A DNA stretch of 53,385 bases, the filler included, from Basidioascus undulatus (taxonomy: Eukaryota): NCBI GenBank assembly GCA_000826855.1. It is 3 parts of 3 records of this genome, joined end to end, with 100 filler letters (N's around TTAATTAATTAA, not from the genome) between each part and the next. Parts side by side here need not be neighbours in the genome. Positions count along the whole stretch, not along the records: positions 17,869 to 35,590 come from JTLS01000509.1; positions 35,691 to 53,385 come from JTLS01000510.1; 1 more part is not named here. One strand, given 5' to 3'. This document shows, one piece after another, positions 28,109 through 40,213 of the stretch. Position numbers and translations under genes: made by a program. Numbering within the stretch: the stretch's first letter is position 1; every line of letters begins with the position of its first letter. The notes below the pieces were generated by a model, which worked only from the letters and a program-made list of their open reading frames with translations, did no database searches and was not told the origin of the DNA.

Positions 28109-31100
28109 ATGACGCCTACTCATCCATCTCACCAAGGGCAGCGCCCTCCTTCCCCCACGTTATCACTTTCTTCGAACTCGTCCACTCAATCAGCCAGAGC
28201 GCCGCTCTCGCCCGCGCTATACTCTCCTTCCGCGCGTTCGCCCCACAACTTCCCGTACGACGGCATCGCTGAGCATCCAGGCGGCACGACGCTGTACGAC
28301 CGCCCCTTCGCCTCGCCGCAGGCTCCCTCTCACGCTGCCGCCTCGAAGCCAATTGGCGAGCGTGGCGTGTCCATGAGCGAGTTCAGCGCGAGCGGCTCAC
28401 ACAATTCCTCGGACGGGAGCACGACGCTCACCGAGAATGCGACCCTCCCCTACGCCTACGACGGGCGGACCCCCACGGCGCCGGCTCCGGCGCAGTCCAC
28501 CGACCCGCTCTTCGACCATCTGCGCGCTGAAAATGCGTCCATACACTCCCGCACACCATTGCATGTTCGCGAAGACGACGAGCACGAGAAGCACGTCCAG
28601 TTCGAGGCGGGCGCGTCGGGGGGTGATGGGGGCGGGAAGGGCTATAAGGAGTACCCGGACGTGGAGAAGCAGCACCAGAAAGCCAGGCGCAAGCCGAGCA
28701 AGGACTTGTTCCGCGGCGAGTGGTATAACTATAACAGCGCCGATGCGAAGGTCGATACACTTCGGTTCGCCGAAGGCGACGTGCCGAAGTCGAGGGTGAG
28801 TTTCTCGCTGTTTCCACGAGAGGACTGGCTGTCGATGCTTAACTACTTGTTCCTGCAGTTTGCGAAGTTCTACTTCTATCTCCTCAACATGTCGATAGTC
28901 ACTCGCTGGGCGCGTAAGCCTTTCTACCTCTTTCAGGGTCGAGTTATGTAGCTGAAGAGCTCCGCCTACAGTCTACATCATCCCTCTCGCCGCCATTCGT
29001 ATGCTTGCGTTTATGACCCTTTTTTCCAGAGCCGCAACTCACGTCTTTTCGACAGTCTGGATTCCGGGACTCGTCGAGCTGACAGCTTTCCCTGGAACGA
29101 GCGTCTGGGTAATTAAACCAGGGTCTGTCGACCATATTCCTCAACGCTTTTAACGCAAACCTTCCTGCAGAGTGTTCGCCTTCGCTGGTGGTCTGTTTGG
29201 CTATGCGTGCTCTGGGTGGGCTGGTGGGGCGCCTGGGCCATTGCCAAGATGTTGCCTTTCGTCGGTGTGTCCATCTCCTTCGGTATCGTCTCAGCCCTGT
29301 GGCCCAGGGTTTGCTGAAAGCTCCCAACAGTACGCAACACCGTGGGCACTGTCATACGGAACGTCAAGCATTACGTCGATTACGTCCAGGCGCTCGAGAA
29401 ATACTTCGCCTTCGTCGGCTGGGCCTTCGCTAGCTGGGTTGTCTGTTCGTCCTATGCGTCATTGTGTTCTAGGTGTACGACATTCTGACGGCGTCTTCCA
29501 AACACAGACAATGTGGTCATGTACGGATTTGCTCTTCGTTCCTAGCTTTCATGCGGAGGCTGACTCTGAGGATGAGCAGAGCCGGCAAGCGGAACGCCGA
29601 CACCAGCTCGTCGAGCAGCTCCACCATCACCGTCATAGCCCAAGTCCTCTTTGGCATCGTTATTTGCGCCGGGATACTTCTAGGGGAGAAGTTCATAATT
29701 CAGATCATGTTTGTCTTCTCCTCTTTCGGCCCGCCTTCTGCGCTCCTCCTGTTCTAATGGCGCTCCGGCATAGTGCCTACAACTTTCATCAAGTCTCCTA
29801 CGCGGATCGGATCGCCGAGCACAAGTTCGCCCTTAAATCGCTTGCAACGCTCTACGCGCACTCGCGTGATCTCGGACGCAGCGATACGCTCGACGGCTTC
29901 GGGAAGCAGAAGAAGGGGCTCAATCCAGCCAGGTTGTTGAAGCGCGCTGCGAAGGAGGCGAAGGAGGCAGCGGCTTCTGCTACGACGGTGCGTTTCCTCC
30001 GAAAAGCTTAATCTGCGATATAAACATGCTCACTCTGGCGCAGGCGCTCGGCAACGTTGCGAGTGAGATTGCGGGTAGCTCGGTTCTGCAGCCGAACAGC
30101 CCACAGTCGATGGTCGTCAATGCTCTTTCCTCTCCGAACAAGACTCGCCAGGTGAGCCACCGAGACTGAGCATTCTCACAATGCATGGCTAAAACTCTAT
30201 TTTACTAGCTCGCCCGACGCCTATTTTACTCCCACTGTCCCCCGCACCGCGAAGTCCTCATTCTCGACGACATCGCCAAGTTCTTCCCGAACCTTGAGAC
30301 CGCGGAGCAGGTGTTTGCTCAGTTCGACAAGGACCTCAACGGCGACCTCAGCCGAGACGAATTGGAGTTGGCTTGCATGTGTGTCTTAAACTCATTAGCG
30401 ATTGCTCATTTTTAAGGGCTGACAAGGGGAACGATCTACAGGGAGCTGCGTCGCGACCGCCTGAGCTTGACCGCCAGCATGCGCGACCTGGACAGTGCGG
30501 TCGGAAATCTTGATAGAATGTAGGCGTTAGGCGTTATCACCACTTCAATTCCTGGACTTGTAGCTGACGCTCTGATGCTTTGAATCACAGTTTCATGTCA
30601 GTCTACCTGCTCATCGCAGCACTCGTTATCGGTGCGCCTGGGAGAGCTCGAGATGTGGCTCGCTGCGAAATGTTTACAAGCTATCTGTTGTACCATCAGT
30701 GGCCATGCTCGAGGTAAAACTGAGCACGCTTATCACGTCCGCCGGAACTTTCATCGTCGGGATCTCCTGGTTGATCGCCAGCACAGCGCAAGAGATTCTG
30801 GCCTCGATCATCTTCCTTTTTGTCAAGCACCCCTACGACGTGCGCTCCTTTCGACTTCAGCAGCTCGAAGCTAAAGGCGTTCACTGATGTCGATGTGTTT
30901 GTCTGTAGGTTTCGGACCGCGTCAGCATCAACGAAGATGAGTTTGTGGTCAAGGAGATCTTCCTTCTTTCGACAGGTGGGCTCACGAGTGCTTCTCCAAC
31001 GGGATAATATTTAGCAAGCTCATCTCTCACTTTTAAACAGTCTTCCGTCGGATGGACGGCGTGATCGTGCAGGCTCCGCACGCGGTCCTCAACACGCAGT

Positions 31101-31885
31101 ACATTCGGAACATCCGCCGCAGCGGTATGTTTATTCTGCTTGACATTTATTTTTAAATTTCAAAAGACTGGAATTCTGGAAATTATCCCTGAATGACGCT
31201 TCACAGGACCTATCAGCGAGACGTTCGAGTTCGCCGTAGCATACGGGACAACGTTTGAGCAGATTGAGGAGCTGCGCTCCCGGATGCTCGAGTTCGTCCA
31301 GGCGGAGAAACGTGACTTCTTGCCCCAAATGGACATCTCCATTATGGATATGCCGTGCGTAACACTCTCTTGCGTCCGCCTATCCTGTTGCTCACGTTAA
31401 ATGACATGCTCAGTGAGCAGTCTCAGATGAACCTTGCGGCGGGTATCCCTTATAAGTCCAGTACGTTCGCTATCTGCCACTTGGTGCTTACTCTGTTTGG
31501 AGGCCGGCACTGACCGACTTGCACAGACTGGCAGAACGGTGCTCTGAAAGGTACGCATGACCTGCTTGCTAATTGCTGTACATCGTGACTCTCGCCTGAC
31601 TGTCTGACGTCTCTTCACAGAGCAACGACGTGTCAAATGGATCGCGGCCCTCAAAATTTCTCTCGCGTAAGTCTTATTATGAGCGTTGAAAACGTCGCTT
31701 TCGTCAGCTGAACCTCCGACAGCGAGTGCAAAATATACGGACCGTCGGGCGACCCCGACAGCTCAGTGCCAATACTCTACACAAAAGTGCCTTACAATGA
31801 GCGCGACGGGAGATCCTCTTCAGAGCCGACGAAGCACGAAAGCGCACTCGAACGGAATCCGTCGCTGCTGGCAGTCAAGGCGTGA
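28109..31885 (+). CDS. MscS-family mechanosensitive channel with EF-hand (Msy1/Msy2-like)
   Basis: About 19 exons; [52 protein letters not shown]-hand [74 protein letters not shown]. First in-frame stop TGA 31883-31885. Confidence 0.93.
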
Positions 31886-32796
31886 GGTCATCGACGCCGA
31901 GGCGGGCTATTTCGACAACCGTGAGCCCGCCAACGCTTCATCAACCTCGAGTGCGGCCGCGCGCTGCGTAGACCTGCGGCTGGCCAGAGCAATGCCTGAA
32001 GTCGCGTTGGTTCGTCTGCGCCGCTGTCTGCCGAGGAGTACGAGATGCAGCAGGCTCGTGGGCCACAGTCGTGATGTTTCTTGTCGAGTTCTCCGCTGTA
32101 CCCGCTTTCAATCGTAATCGTTTCGGACATTTATATAAGTGATGCACTGCTTCATTCTCGGAGACATGCTTAAGTAACCAGTTGGCATGAAAGAAATAGG
32201 TGGAAATGTCGCGTCAAACGGTGAAAATGAACGAAGCTGGGTACCCCGCCTTCTGTTTTTACCACCTATATAGCGTGAAGGGGGGTGGCAGAGCGTGTTT
32301 TGTGTTCCTTTCTGTACAATTTATTGGGCGCATTCAGCAAAGGTGACACAACATTCACGTCAAACCCTTCCCACTGCAGCGAGCGGGATGCTCATGCTGC
32401 AGCACTTCGAGGGATGTGCAACAGTATTACCCAAGGTCACTGAGGTCGTCTACGTGAGCTGGAAAACAAAGCAATCAATAGACCTATTCACCTGTCCACC
32501 CAGTGGGTCAGCGAAATGTAGGCATTCGCTGTGAACTGGCCGTGATCCTCTTGGTTTCATACCCAGCCTGCTGCAACAGAGAGGAACACGGACTGGCAAC
32601 CCAAGCAAGTTTTCTCAGTCGTTCGGGCCGGGACAGTTCTGAGCGTTTGTCCATCCGTCAAAGTTCACAGTCTCCGCCCGCAGACGTCCGCCCGGCAGTG
32701 AGAGCTCGTCTCTTGGACATGCCCTCATCCACACCTTTAATCGACACCACCTCTCTTCACCTTGTTTCTGATTTTCGACTCAGAGCCATCGCACTA

Positions 32797-34470
32797 ATGC
32801 TCCTCACTCTTCCAAGGGAGATCCAAAGCCAAATTGCAGCAGAACTACCCGTCAAGCGCGATCTCGCGGCGCTCTCTTTGGTTCACAGGGCGCCCACCCA
32901 TATCGCTCGGGAGAATCTCCTTCGTACGATCTCCGTAAGAGAGCATTGGGCTGTGGGGCTCGCAGGGCAGGGCCCAAAAGGAACTCGGCGCTGGCAGTGG
33001 CGTGCGGCTGAACTTATTAAGCCGGAATGGGCGGGCGTGCAGGAACATGTCCAGTGAGTCTCCAGCGAGCTGCTGTCGGGGCGGGTTTTCCGAAAGGCAT
33101 GGGCGGGTTTGGGAAGCGCTCTTGCCTTTCATGATGTTCGTTTCGAGTCTCCGCTCCCGCAAGAGCTCCGAACGGTCTACCACGACTCGATCGTCCTGGC
33201 CGCCGAGCTGATCAGGGCGCTGCCGCTTCTCAACGAGCTCACTTTCCACTTCGCGCCATTCAATGCGGTAGCGGACTAGATCGGGGAGGTTGAACTACAG
33301 GACCTCCATCTCCATCGGCTCCGCCTCGCACTTGCTGACTGCGGTTCACGGTTGCGAACGCTCTCGCACTTGGGAACGGCCCTCGCGACCTCATTCTTAC
33401 ATCCAACACCCAGATTCCATCGTCTAGACAATCTTCGCTTCATGCAGTGGGCCTGTGCCTCTCCTGGAGATGTCGAGACTCTGGAGAAGCTTGCTCGAGC
33501 TTCCCGCAGGCGCTTGAGACCCTCATTCTGCATCACCCTGTGTATGACGATGCGGACACATTCCGCATCCCAAAGTGTGCATATAACAACAATCTTCGAT
33601 GCTTCGCCATCTCGGGGGGCTGGGTGACCGAGCAGCAGCGCCTTCGAAATCTGCTGTGCACTTCGCCTTCTCTTCGTGCCGTCGCTCTCTTCAATGGCGA
33701 TACTAGTCCGTACTGGTTCCATGGTCATCTCACCTGCCAGTGCTGCAATTAACAGAGCTCCATCTTTTGCTGCTGCTAGAGGGCGAGCACCTAGTCCGGC
33801 TTGTCCAAAGCTGGACCTTTTCGAATGCATCGAGGGGATCGATTCCAACAGAGCGATGCACCTCGTGAAACATCTCCTCGGACGCTCGCGAGCCTGAAGC
33901 TCTCCTTTGCCGGACATCCAGCTTAACTTCCTTCGGGACCTTGCATTGCATCTCCCTGAGCTGCGCCTGCTGGAGCTTGCTGGGCGTTCAGACCGCATGT
34001 GGACCACTCGTGCTTTGGCAGGGTACCGTGGTAGGTAGTTGAGTTATTGAACCGTCTGCTTTGCCACTTCTTTCAAAGGCTGATGATGTTTTGCAGTGCG
34101 ATTTCCTACCGCCACTTGCGGCTCTCCGCGACCTGCGCGTCTTAGTCTTCCACAGGGGACTCCCACTTCCAGCCTCGTGGCCGCCCGCTGCCGGGATAAG
34201 CGTGCCTGCCGCTGTGGATTTCTGCATGGACATGGCGGTAGCTTTTAACGCGAGCTCACGACGGCCAGACTGGGGGCAAAGGACCGGATGGCCATTGTCG
34301 AAGACATCCCGCTCTTGCTCGGGAACGAGAACCTCTTGAAGCTGAAGATCGAGCTCCAGCATGATGTGTCTTCGTGGGTCGGGTTGAACAGGGATGGGGC
34401 ACCGGCCTAGTTGCACCATTATATAACGATGTGACTGTGAGTATGCTTTGCTGGGTGGCGGCGATGAAGT
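32797..34470 (+). pseudogene. F-box/RNI-like LRR protein, multiply disrupted
   Basis: F-box start MLLTLPREIQSQIAAELPVKRDLAALSLVHR; LRR-like segments (RLETLILH, LRNLLCTSPSLRAVAL, LHLPELRLLEL, LAALRDLRVLVF) are spread over different frames with stops. End approximate. Confidence 0.65.
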
Positions 34471-35424
34471 GACGGAAATGTGCAAGCACTAGCGTAGTGC
34501 AAAAAACAGACCAATATACATGAGCCGACTGCGACGCGGTGTGACATCGGAGCAACACTTGCATGGAAGGACGTCTACCGAAACTGCAAGGAATGCGAAG
34601 CGCAATATGTTAGGCTAAGACGAAGAATAGGGGCTTGTGCAGTCCGTACGGATCACTCCCATTGCAGACTGACTGTAGGGCTGTAGAGAGAAACGGCCTG
34701 TGGTACAACCTTCGACTGTGTCCCAGAAGCTCACACTGTACCACTGCCCTGCAACGCCTGAACGTGACAAGACGAAGAAGCATAATCTGTGGGCAACTGA
34801 CAGCAACAGAATATCCGATACTGAGTTTCGAGGCGTTATGGAAAAAATGTGAAGGGTAAGAACCAGAAGGGTCGGTCCTTGCTGCAGAGGTTTCAAAAGC
34901 AGTACACACGAAATGCAGACGACCACAGCCACGGCTAATTGCCTGAAAGGTGTTGCCTGGCAGACGCGCAAGATCAGAGGTGACGGTCAGGTTTGCAAAA
35001 GGAATAGATGGTCGAGGAGCGGGAGGCTGATTGAAAGAGAAAGAGACGGGTGAAGACGGCGGTCGGGCAGACTGAAAGGAAATAATGTTGTGAAAAGCCA
35101 CGTTAGCCCGTCAGCAAGATTGCCGAGGGGAAGAAGGCGACGGCAAGACACGAAACCGAGCGGAAGGGGTTTCGGTGGGTATCTTGTTGGATGACCAGAT
35201 TGAACGAAATGGGGGGCACAGTCGAGCGGACGGCCGAGGTCACTCTTGCTCCGACTGCCTGTACCCACAAGTAACGCTGGATCACGTCTGTGAGGAAGGA
35301 AGAATGTCGATCGAAAGGAACGCGAAGCGAGCGAGAGGGTCAGTTGAGTCGGGCAGTCAGAAACCAATTTCATGCAGCTGCACAAGAAATAATCTCGTGC
35401 CAAACCATCAGACCTTAGAGCCTC

Positions 35425-35590
35425 GGACAGTGCGGTCGGAAATCTTGATAGAATGTAGGCGTTATCACCGCTTCAATTCCTGGACTTGTAGCTGACGCTC
35501 TGATGCTTTGAATCACAGTTTCATGTCAGTCTACCTGCTCATCGCAACACTCGTTATCGGTGCGCCTGGGAGAGCTCGAGATGTGGCTCG
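35425..35590 (+). repeat. Diverged direct copy of MscS gene segment 30490-30662
   Basis: GGACAGTGCGGTCGGAAATCTTGATAGAATG...GAGATGTGGCTCG matches 30490-30662 except for a 7-nt indel and 2 substitutions. Confidence 0.95.
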
Positions 35591-35690
35591 NNNNNNNNNN
35601 NNNNNNNNNNNNNNNNNNNNNNNNNNNNNNNNNNTTAATTAATTAANNNNNNNNNNNNNNNNNNNNNNNNNNNNNNNNNNNNNNNNNNNN
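35591..35690. other. Artificial contig spacer (N44-TTAATTAATTAA-N44)
   Basis: Same linker as 17769-17868. Confidence 0.97.
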
Positions 35691-36654
35691 GAAGGGGGAG
35701 GAGGAGGAGGAGAAGGGGAGGGGTAAGGCGAGAAGGGGGAGGGTAAGGCGAGAAGGGGGAGGGGGGAACCGGAGACGGACAATGGCGAGACAGATCGCGA
35801 TGCCTACGACGAAGAGTTTGACGATCGAGTTGCGCCGGAGGTGCGCGCGGTCGGGGTGGTCGGACGCGAGCGCCCAGACTTCGAACGTCTGGCAGATGGC
35901 GGAGAGGGCGACGCCGACTGGACGGTATCACAAAAAAAGCGTGTGTGAGCCGGAGGCGGGGAAGCGACCGAGCGCAAAGGGAAGACGCACCGATGAACAC
36001 GAGCGTCATGCTCCAGTGGGCGGTCGCATAGTTGACATCGTCAAAGATCGCGAGGAGGATGAGCGCCGCGCCGCCGATGCAGCCAAAGATGATCGCCGCG
36101 ATGTCGCACGTGCGCTCGCGCGAGCGGACGGTGCCCGGGATGCGGTCGACGTGCCGCAGCCAGCGCTCGAGGAGGAGCGAGAGGATGTAGAAAAATATGG
36201 TTACGCAGTTGAGGACCTGTTTTCCAGTGCGGGGGTGCGGATGAGGGAGAGGTGGGTAAGGAGACGGAGAAGGGAAGAGGACGCACGATGAAGACGGTTT
36301 TGTTGTATGCGCCCACATCGGATACGAACACTATTCTAGCACCGCGCTTGGGGGGGGGGACAGAAGTAGGTGTCAGGCGTGCTGGAGGAAGTGGAAGCGG
36401 GTGTGGGAAAGAAGACGGCGACGCACATCGTATCTCGGGTGCCCGTCCGCCGCCCAGAGACCCAGCAGTGCAATGAGGTCGGCTATCCATACCCAGCTGT
36501 CGAATGCGTTCCGTTGTCAGCGCGGGGGGAGCAAGGGAGTTCGGTGAAGGAAGACGGACAAGGCGATAAGGGGCGCGTAGACTGCCCAGCCGTAGCGGAG
36601 GTGGGTCGCCCGTGGGGGTGTGGACTGGTTCGTAAGCGAGCGGAAGAGAGCCAT
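35691..36654 (-). CDS. Frag1/DRAM/Sfk1-family membrane protein; 3' end cut by contig edge
   Basis: WVWIADLIALLGLWAADGHPRY..IVFVSDVGA..NKTVFI..LSLLLERWLRHVDRIPG..DIAAIIFGCIGGAALILLAIFDDVNYATAHWSMTLVFIVGVALSAICQT..HLRRNSIVKL. Confidence 0.88.
35711..35760. repeat. 20-bp tandem repeat (~2.5 copies) in an intron
   Basis: AGAAGGGGGAGGGTAAGGCG repeated. Confidence 0.7.
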
Positions 36655-37672
36655 GGGCGATTGGGAGCACTGGTGTTTAGGAGGAGGGGAGAGGGTGAGC
36701 TATAGATCAGAGGCAGGTCAAGTCCGTGGAAAGCTGGACGATGGAAGGGGAGGACGGAGCAATAGATTCATGATGCAACCGCATCCAACCCTGTAAGGCC
36801 GTGCCCTCCACATTATGTACCGCTGTACCCGTTCCCTTCCCAGCTGCTGGTCGGTGGCGCGTCGCCGTCGATCGCAGCAGGCTAGGCTGGTCGAGCAGGC
36901 GAAAAGAGAAGACGAAAGAAAGGGGGAGCTTCGCAATTGGCAACGTCATCGTCAGGCGCTTGATCGGCCCCCGAAACGCCGCTGAGCTCGCTTTGTTTGA
37001 ACTGCAACGGCAACAGAGTGAAAATTTGGCTGTTCGCTGCATAGGAGATATAAAACAGCAGGGAAACGATCTGGTGTCCCAAAAAAACGCCATCCTACAC
37101 CACCGCGAGGCCTAGCTGGCGCCCAAGCGAAGAATCAAGGCTCAGCAAGCTCCGGACGACCGTCTAGTCCGGGCTCGAGTGGCAGATAGTAGGCGAGAAC
37201 CTCCTACAAAAAAGATCTAAAACTCCAATGTCAAGTGGTCGCCTGTTCCCAATTCGACGAATAGGACGAATCTCGAACGAAAATGAGCGAAAGGCAGCGC
37301 GGCCGACTTGCCTCCGGGACAAGCCACGCGTTGAGTATCCATCAACAATTGCTAATATAGAATCTGTTCATCTTCTAACGTAGTCATCGTTGAGGTGCGA
37401 GCACGACCCTGTCGGTCTGCGGCACGAGATAAAGACCATCCAAACGACTAAGACCACTGCGTTACGGTGAGCATGGTGAAAAATGGAGAAAAAAGACCCA
37501 GAGATAAATTTAATGGAGAAAGGAAAGTCAAAGCCGATGGCCGATATCTGCGTTTCGCTTGCGACAGTGACGAACGAATCGCATGAAGCAAGATTGCATT
37601 TACAGAACCCTCAGTCCCCAAACGTACTTTTTAGAGCCTATTCGAAAACAAGTCAAACATAGCACCTGCAGC

Positions 37673-38390
37673 TCAAACCCTTCCACCCAAACTAAACCCT
37701 GCGGGCCTTGCACCACTGTCGCCGCAACGTGTGCTCCGACCAGTCCTGCCTCTGGTGCTCCAGCCGGCGCCCATGCACCCCTTGCACATCTCTATGTGCT
37801 CCACGCACTCACCGCAGACTTCGCACAGACCGCTCTCCAGCACACATCCGCGCCTTTGAGCAGCCCTGCCAGCTGTCGCACATTCTATGAGGAGGATTGC
37901 AGAGGCCATTGGCGGGGTCGTGCCTGTCGCGCAACATTTGTAGCATGAGCGCCGTCCTCTTGGGCATACTGTGCCACAGCCTCGCAGCGCATAGGAGCAG
38001 CCGCGCCTCGTCCGACACGCGCGGGATGGGCTCGTATCGATCGCCGTTGAAGGCGAGGCGCGTGTCGAGCGCGCGTCCATGCAGGGCGACAGAGGCGTGG
38101 TGCTCCAGGCGGGAATTACCTTTGATTATCTGCTCTAGCGTGCATGGGACCGTACCGGCGAGCATGAAGGACTGCCGTGGAGGCGAGCAGTGCACGGCAG
38201 TGATCTGGGGCTTCGCGCCATGCAGATCCACGTAGAAAGTGCCCTCGGAAGGAAGAACGTGATGAGGCCCAAAGGTGAAGGACAAGGTCGCGACCTGCTC
38301 GGCTCGCATCTTCAAAAGCCACTCCCACAGGCCCTACTGGAGCTTCAGGTGCCGACCCAAGGAGAACCGGCAAAGCGAGGTTGAGGATGC
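37673..38390 (-). pseudogene. Decayed hypothetical gene with Cys-rich C-terminus
   Basis: 168-aa ORF (37809-38315) overlapped by a second frame with CxxC clusters (CYKCC, CEVCGEC, CKGC); no coherent ORF. Confidence 0.3.
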
Positions 38391-39403
38391 CGGCAGTCAG
38401 AGTGAAATACTGTTTGCTCGAGCGCAGTTGAGATCAATTTTACTGTACAGCTGAATACTAGATATTTCGTTTGGTTCACAAGTGTGCGAGTTTAGGCCAT
38501 TGATTGCTCTTGGGCGGCAGCCGCGCGACAGTCAGTGTGCGCTGAGGCGGTATTTGAGGGCAGCGTCTTCTGCGAAGGCGTCTCTTGACCATCTGCGGGG
38601 GGTTGATGTTCATTAATGGGGTTTACAGAACGTGCAGAAAAATTTTGGGCCCGAGTAGGTGTTCTAAAAGGCTGGTCGTGAGCTGATGAGCTGGACAGCC
38701 AGATATGTCTGTCAACCCACCGCAATCGTCTGCTTGCAGCTTACCGTGCTGGTGATTTCACTCTGCCAAGCTGTACAATTCCAGGACTTCGGGGAAGGCT
38801 CAGATTTAGGAAGCACTAAAGATTACGTTCTGGCAGATGTTATGAATTGCTCGAGAACCGCATGGTGCACGAGGCGACTGGGAGGCTTCGAAGTGGCCGC
38901 CTCCGTGCTTTATGAAGTGGGCACCTTAACAACCTGAGTCAGTATAATTTACCTTCTAATTTTAGACAGAGTTTTCCCCCATGCACGGGGGTCTGGAGAT
39001 TCAAGAGTACGGCAGTGTTCTTGTCGACTCGAAGACGCTGGCTCCCTCTCGCCGCTGCTCTCCACTATTACCGGCTGAACCAATCGGAATAACTAGAAAC
39101 ACCTCGATACCCTCCATTAATCCGGAATCAGCATTGGCATGATACTGAGAATGCATTCTTAGCCAGACAGCTTGAGGTCGGATTCATGGCACCCTTCCGC
39201 GGACGTCCTGTCGATAATCCCCGGAACGCTGGACTTTCACGCGCCTGCAGGCTCAACTTGTTCCCCTCACCTCGCTCGCCTTTTGGTCCCCATCAGCTCA
39301 CATTTGCTACCGAGGGGATTCTCATCGTTCAATTCACCGTCATAACCGGTCCTCGCTCCATCTCGTTCCCCTCCCCTCACCACCCCCACCCCCACCCTCC
39401 ACG

Positions 39404-40046
39404 ATGTCTGGCCGTCAAGGTGGCAAACTGAAGCCTCTCAAGGCGAGTCCCATGGTCCCAGCCACCCGAATGTGGGCGGACGAGCGGTAGACTGACCGAG
39501 CGTACTGGGGCTTTACGCTGTACAGTCGGCGAAGTCCCAGAAGAAGGATATGGACGAGGCGAGTCTTCCATCTTCCCGACTCCCTCAGTGGTTGACCAGC
39601 GACGCTTACGCCCGCTTCTTTGTCTTTATTTTAGGACGATCTCGCGTTCATCGCGAAGCAGAAGGCGGACGAGAAGGGGTGAGTTTCCGTAGCTTCAATC
39701 CATGGATAGTTGGGGCAGTAGCTGACGTCGATCTCGTGCCTTGCAGTAAGTGGGTAGCTGGCTGGACTCGCGACGACGCGCGGAGGGCGGAAGGTTGCAG
39801 TGGCTGACATTCTAACCCCTATTCTCCCGTACAGCCCGGAAGGAGGCGGCGGCGAAGGGTGCGTGGTCTTTCACATCCTCGAGACCAACTTTGCGGACGC
39901 GGGCGCTGACATTGTTCGCCTGGACTCAGCGGCGAAGGGCGGTGCGCCGGGAGGCGGCATCAAGAAGTGAGAGATCTATCTGTGGAGATGCCGCTGACGG
40001 GACGTATGTATTGATATGTTCTTCCTGCAGGTCGGGCAAGAAGTAG
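39404..40046 (+). CDS. TMA7: Translation machinery-associated protein 7 (63 aa)
   Basis: Exons 39404-39442, 39526-39558, 39635-39677, 39835-39858, 39930-39966 and 40031-40046 give [63 protein letters not shown]. Confidence 0.93.
39678..39834 (+). other. Predicted [D1,2] spliceosomal twin intron (stwintron)
   Basis: G[GTGAGT..GCTGAC..TTGCAG]TAAGT..GCTGAC..TACAG: removing the internal intron 39679-39746 creates the external donor GTAAGT. Confidence 0.8.
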
Positions 40047-40213
40047 ATGGGCAGCTTCGGGGCGCTGTGGGGGCGCTGGGCTACCTGCATTGCATGGATT
40101 GCTTATTTACGATCTCTGATCCGGGCTGCAACCGAGAGAGGGCATCTAGTCTTGTGCTACTGGCACACCATGCACACGGAAGCGGAGCAGCTAAAAACGC
40201 ATGAAGAACATCC

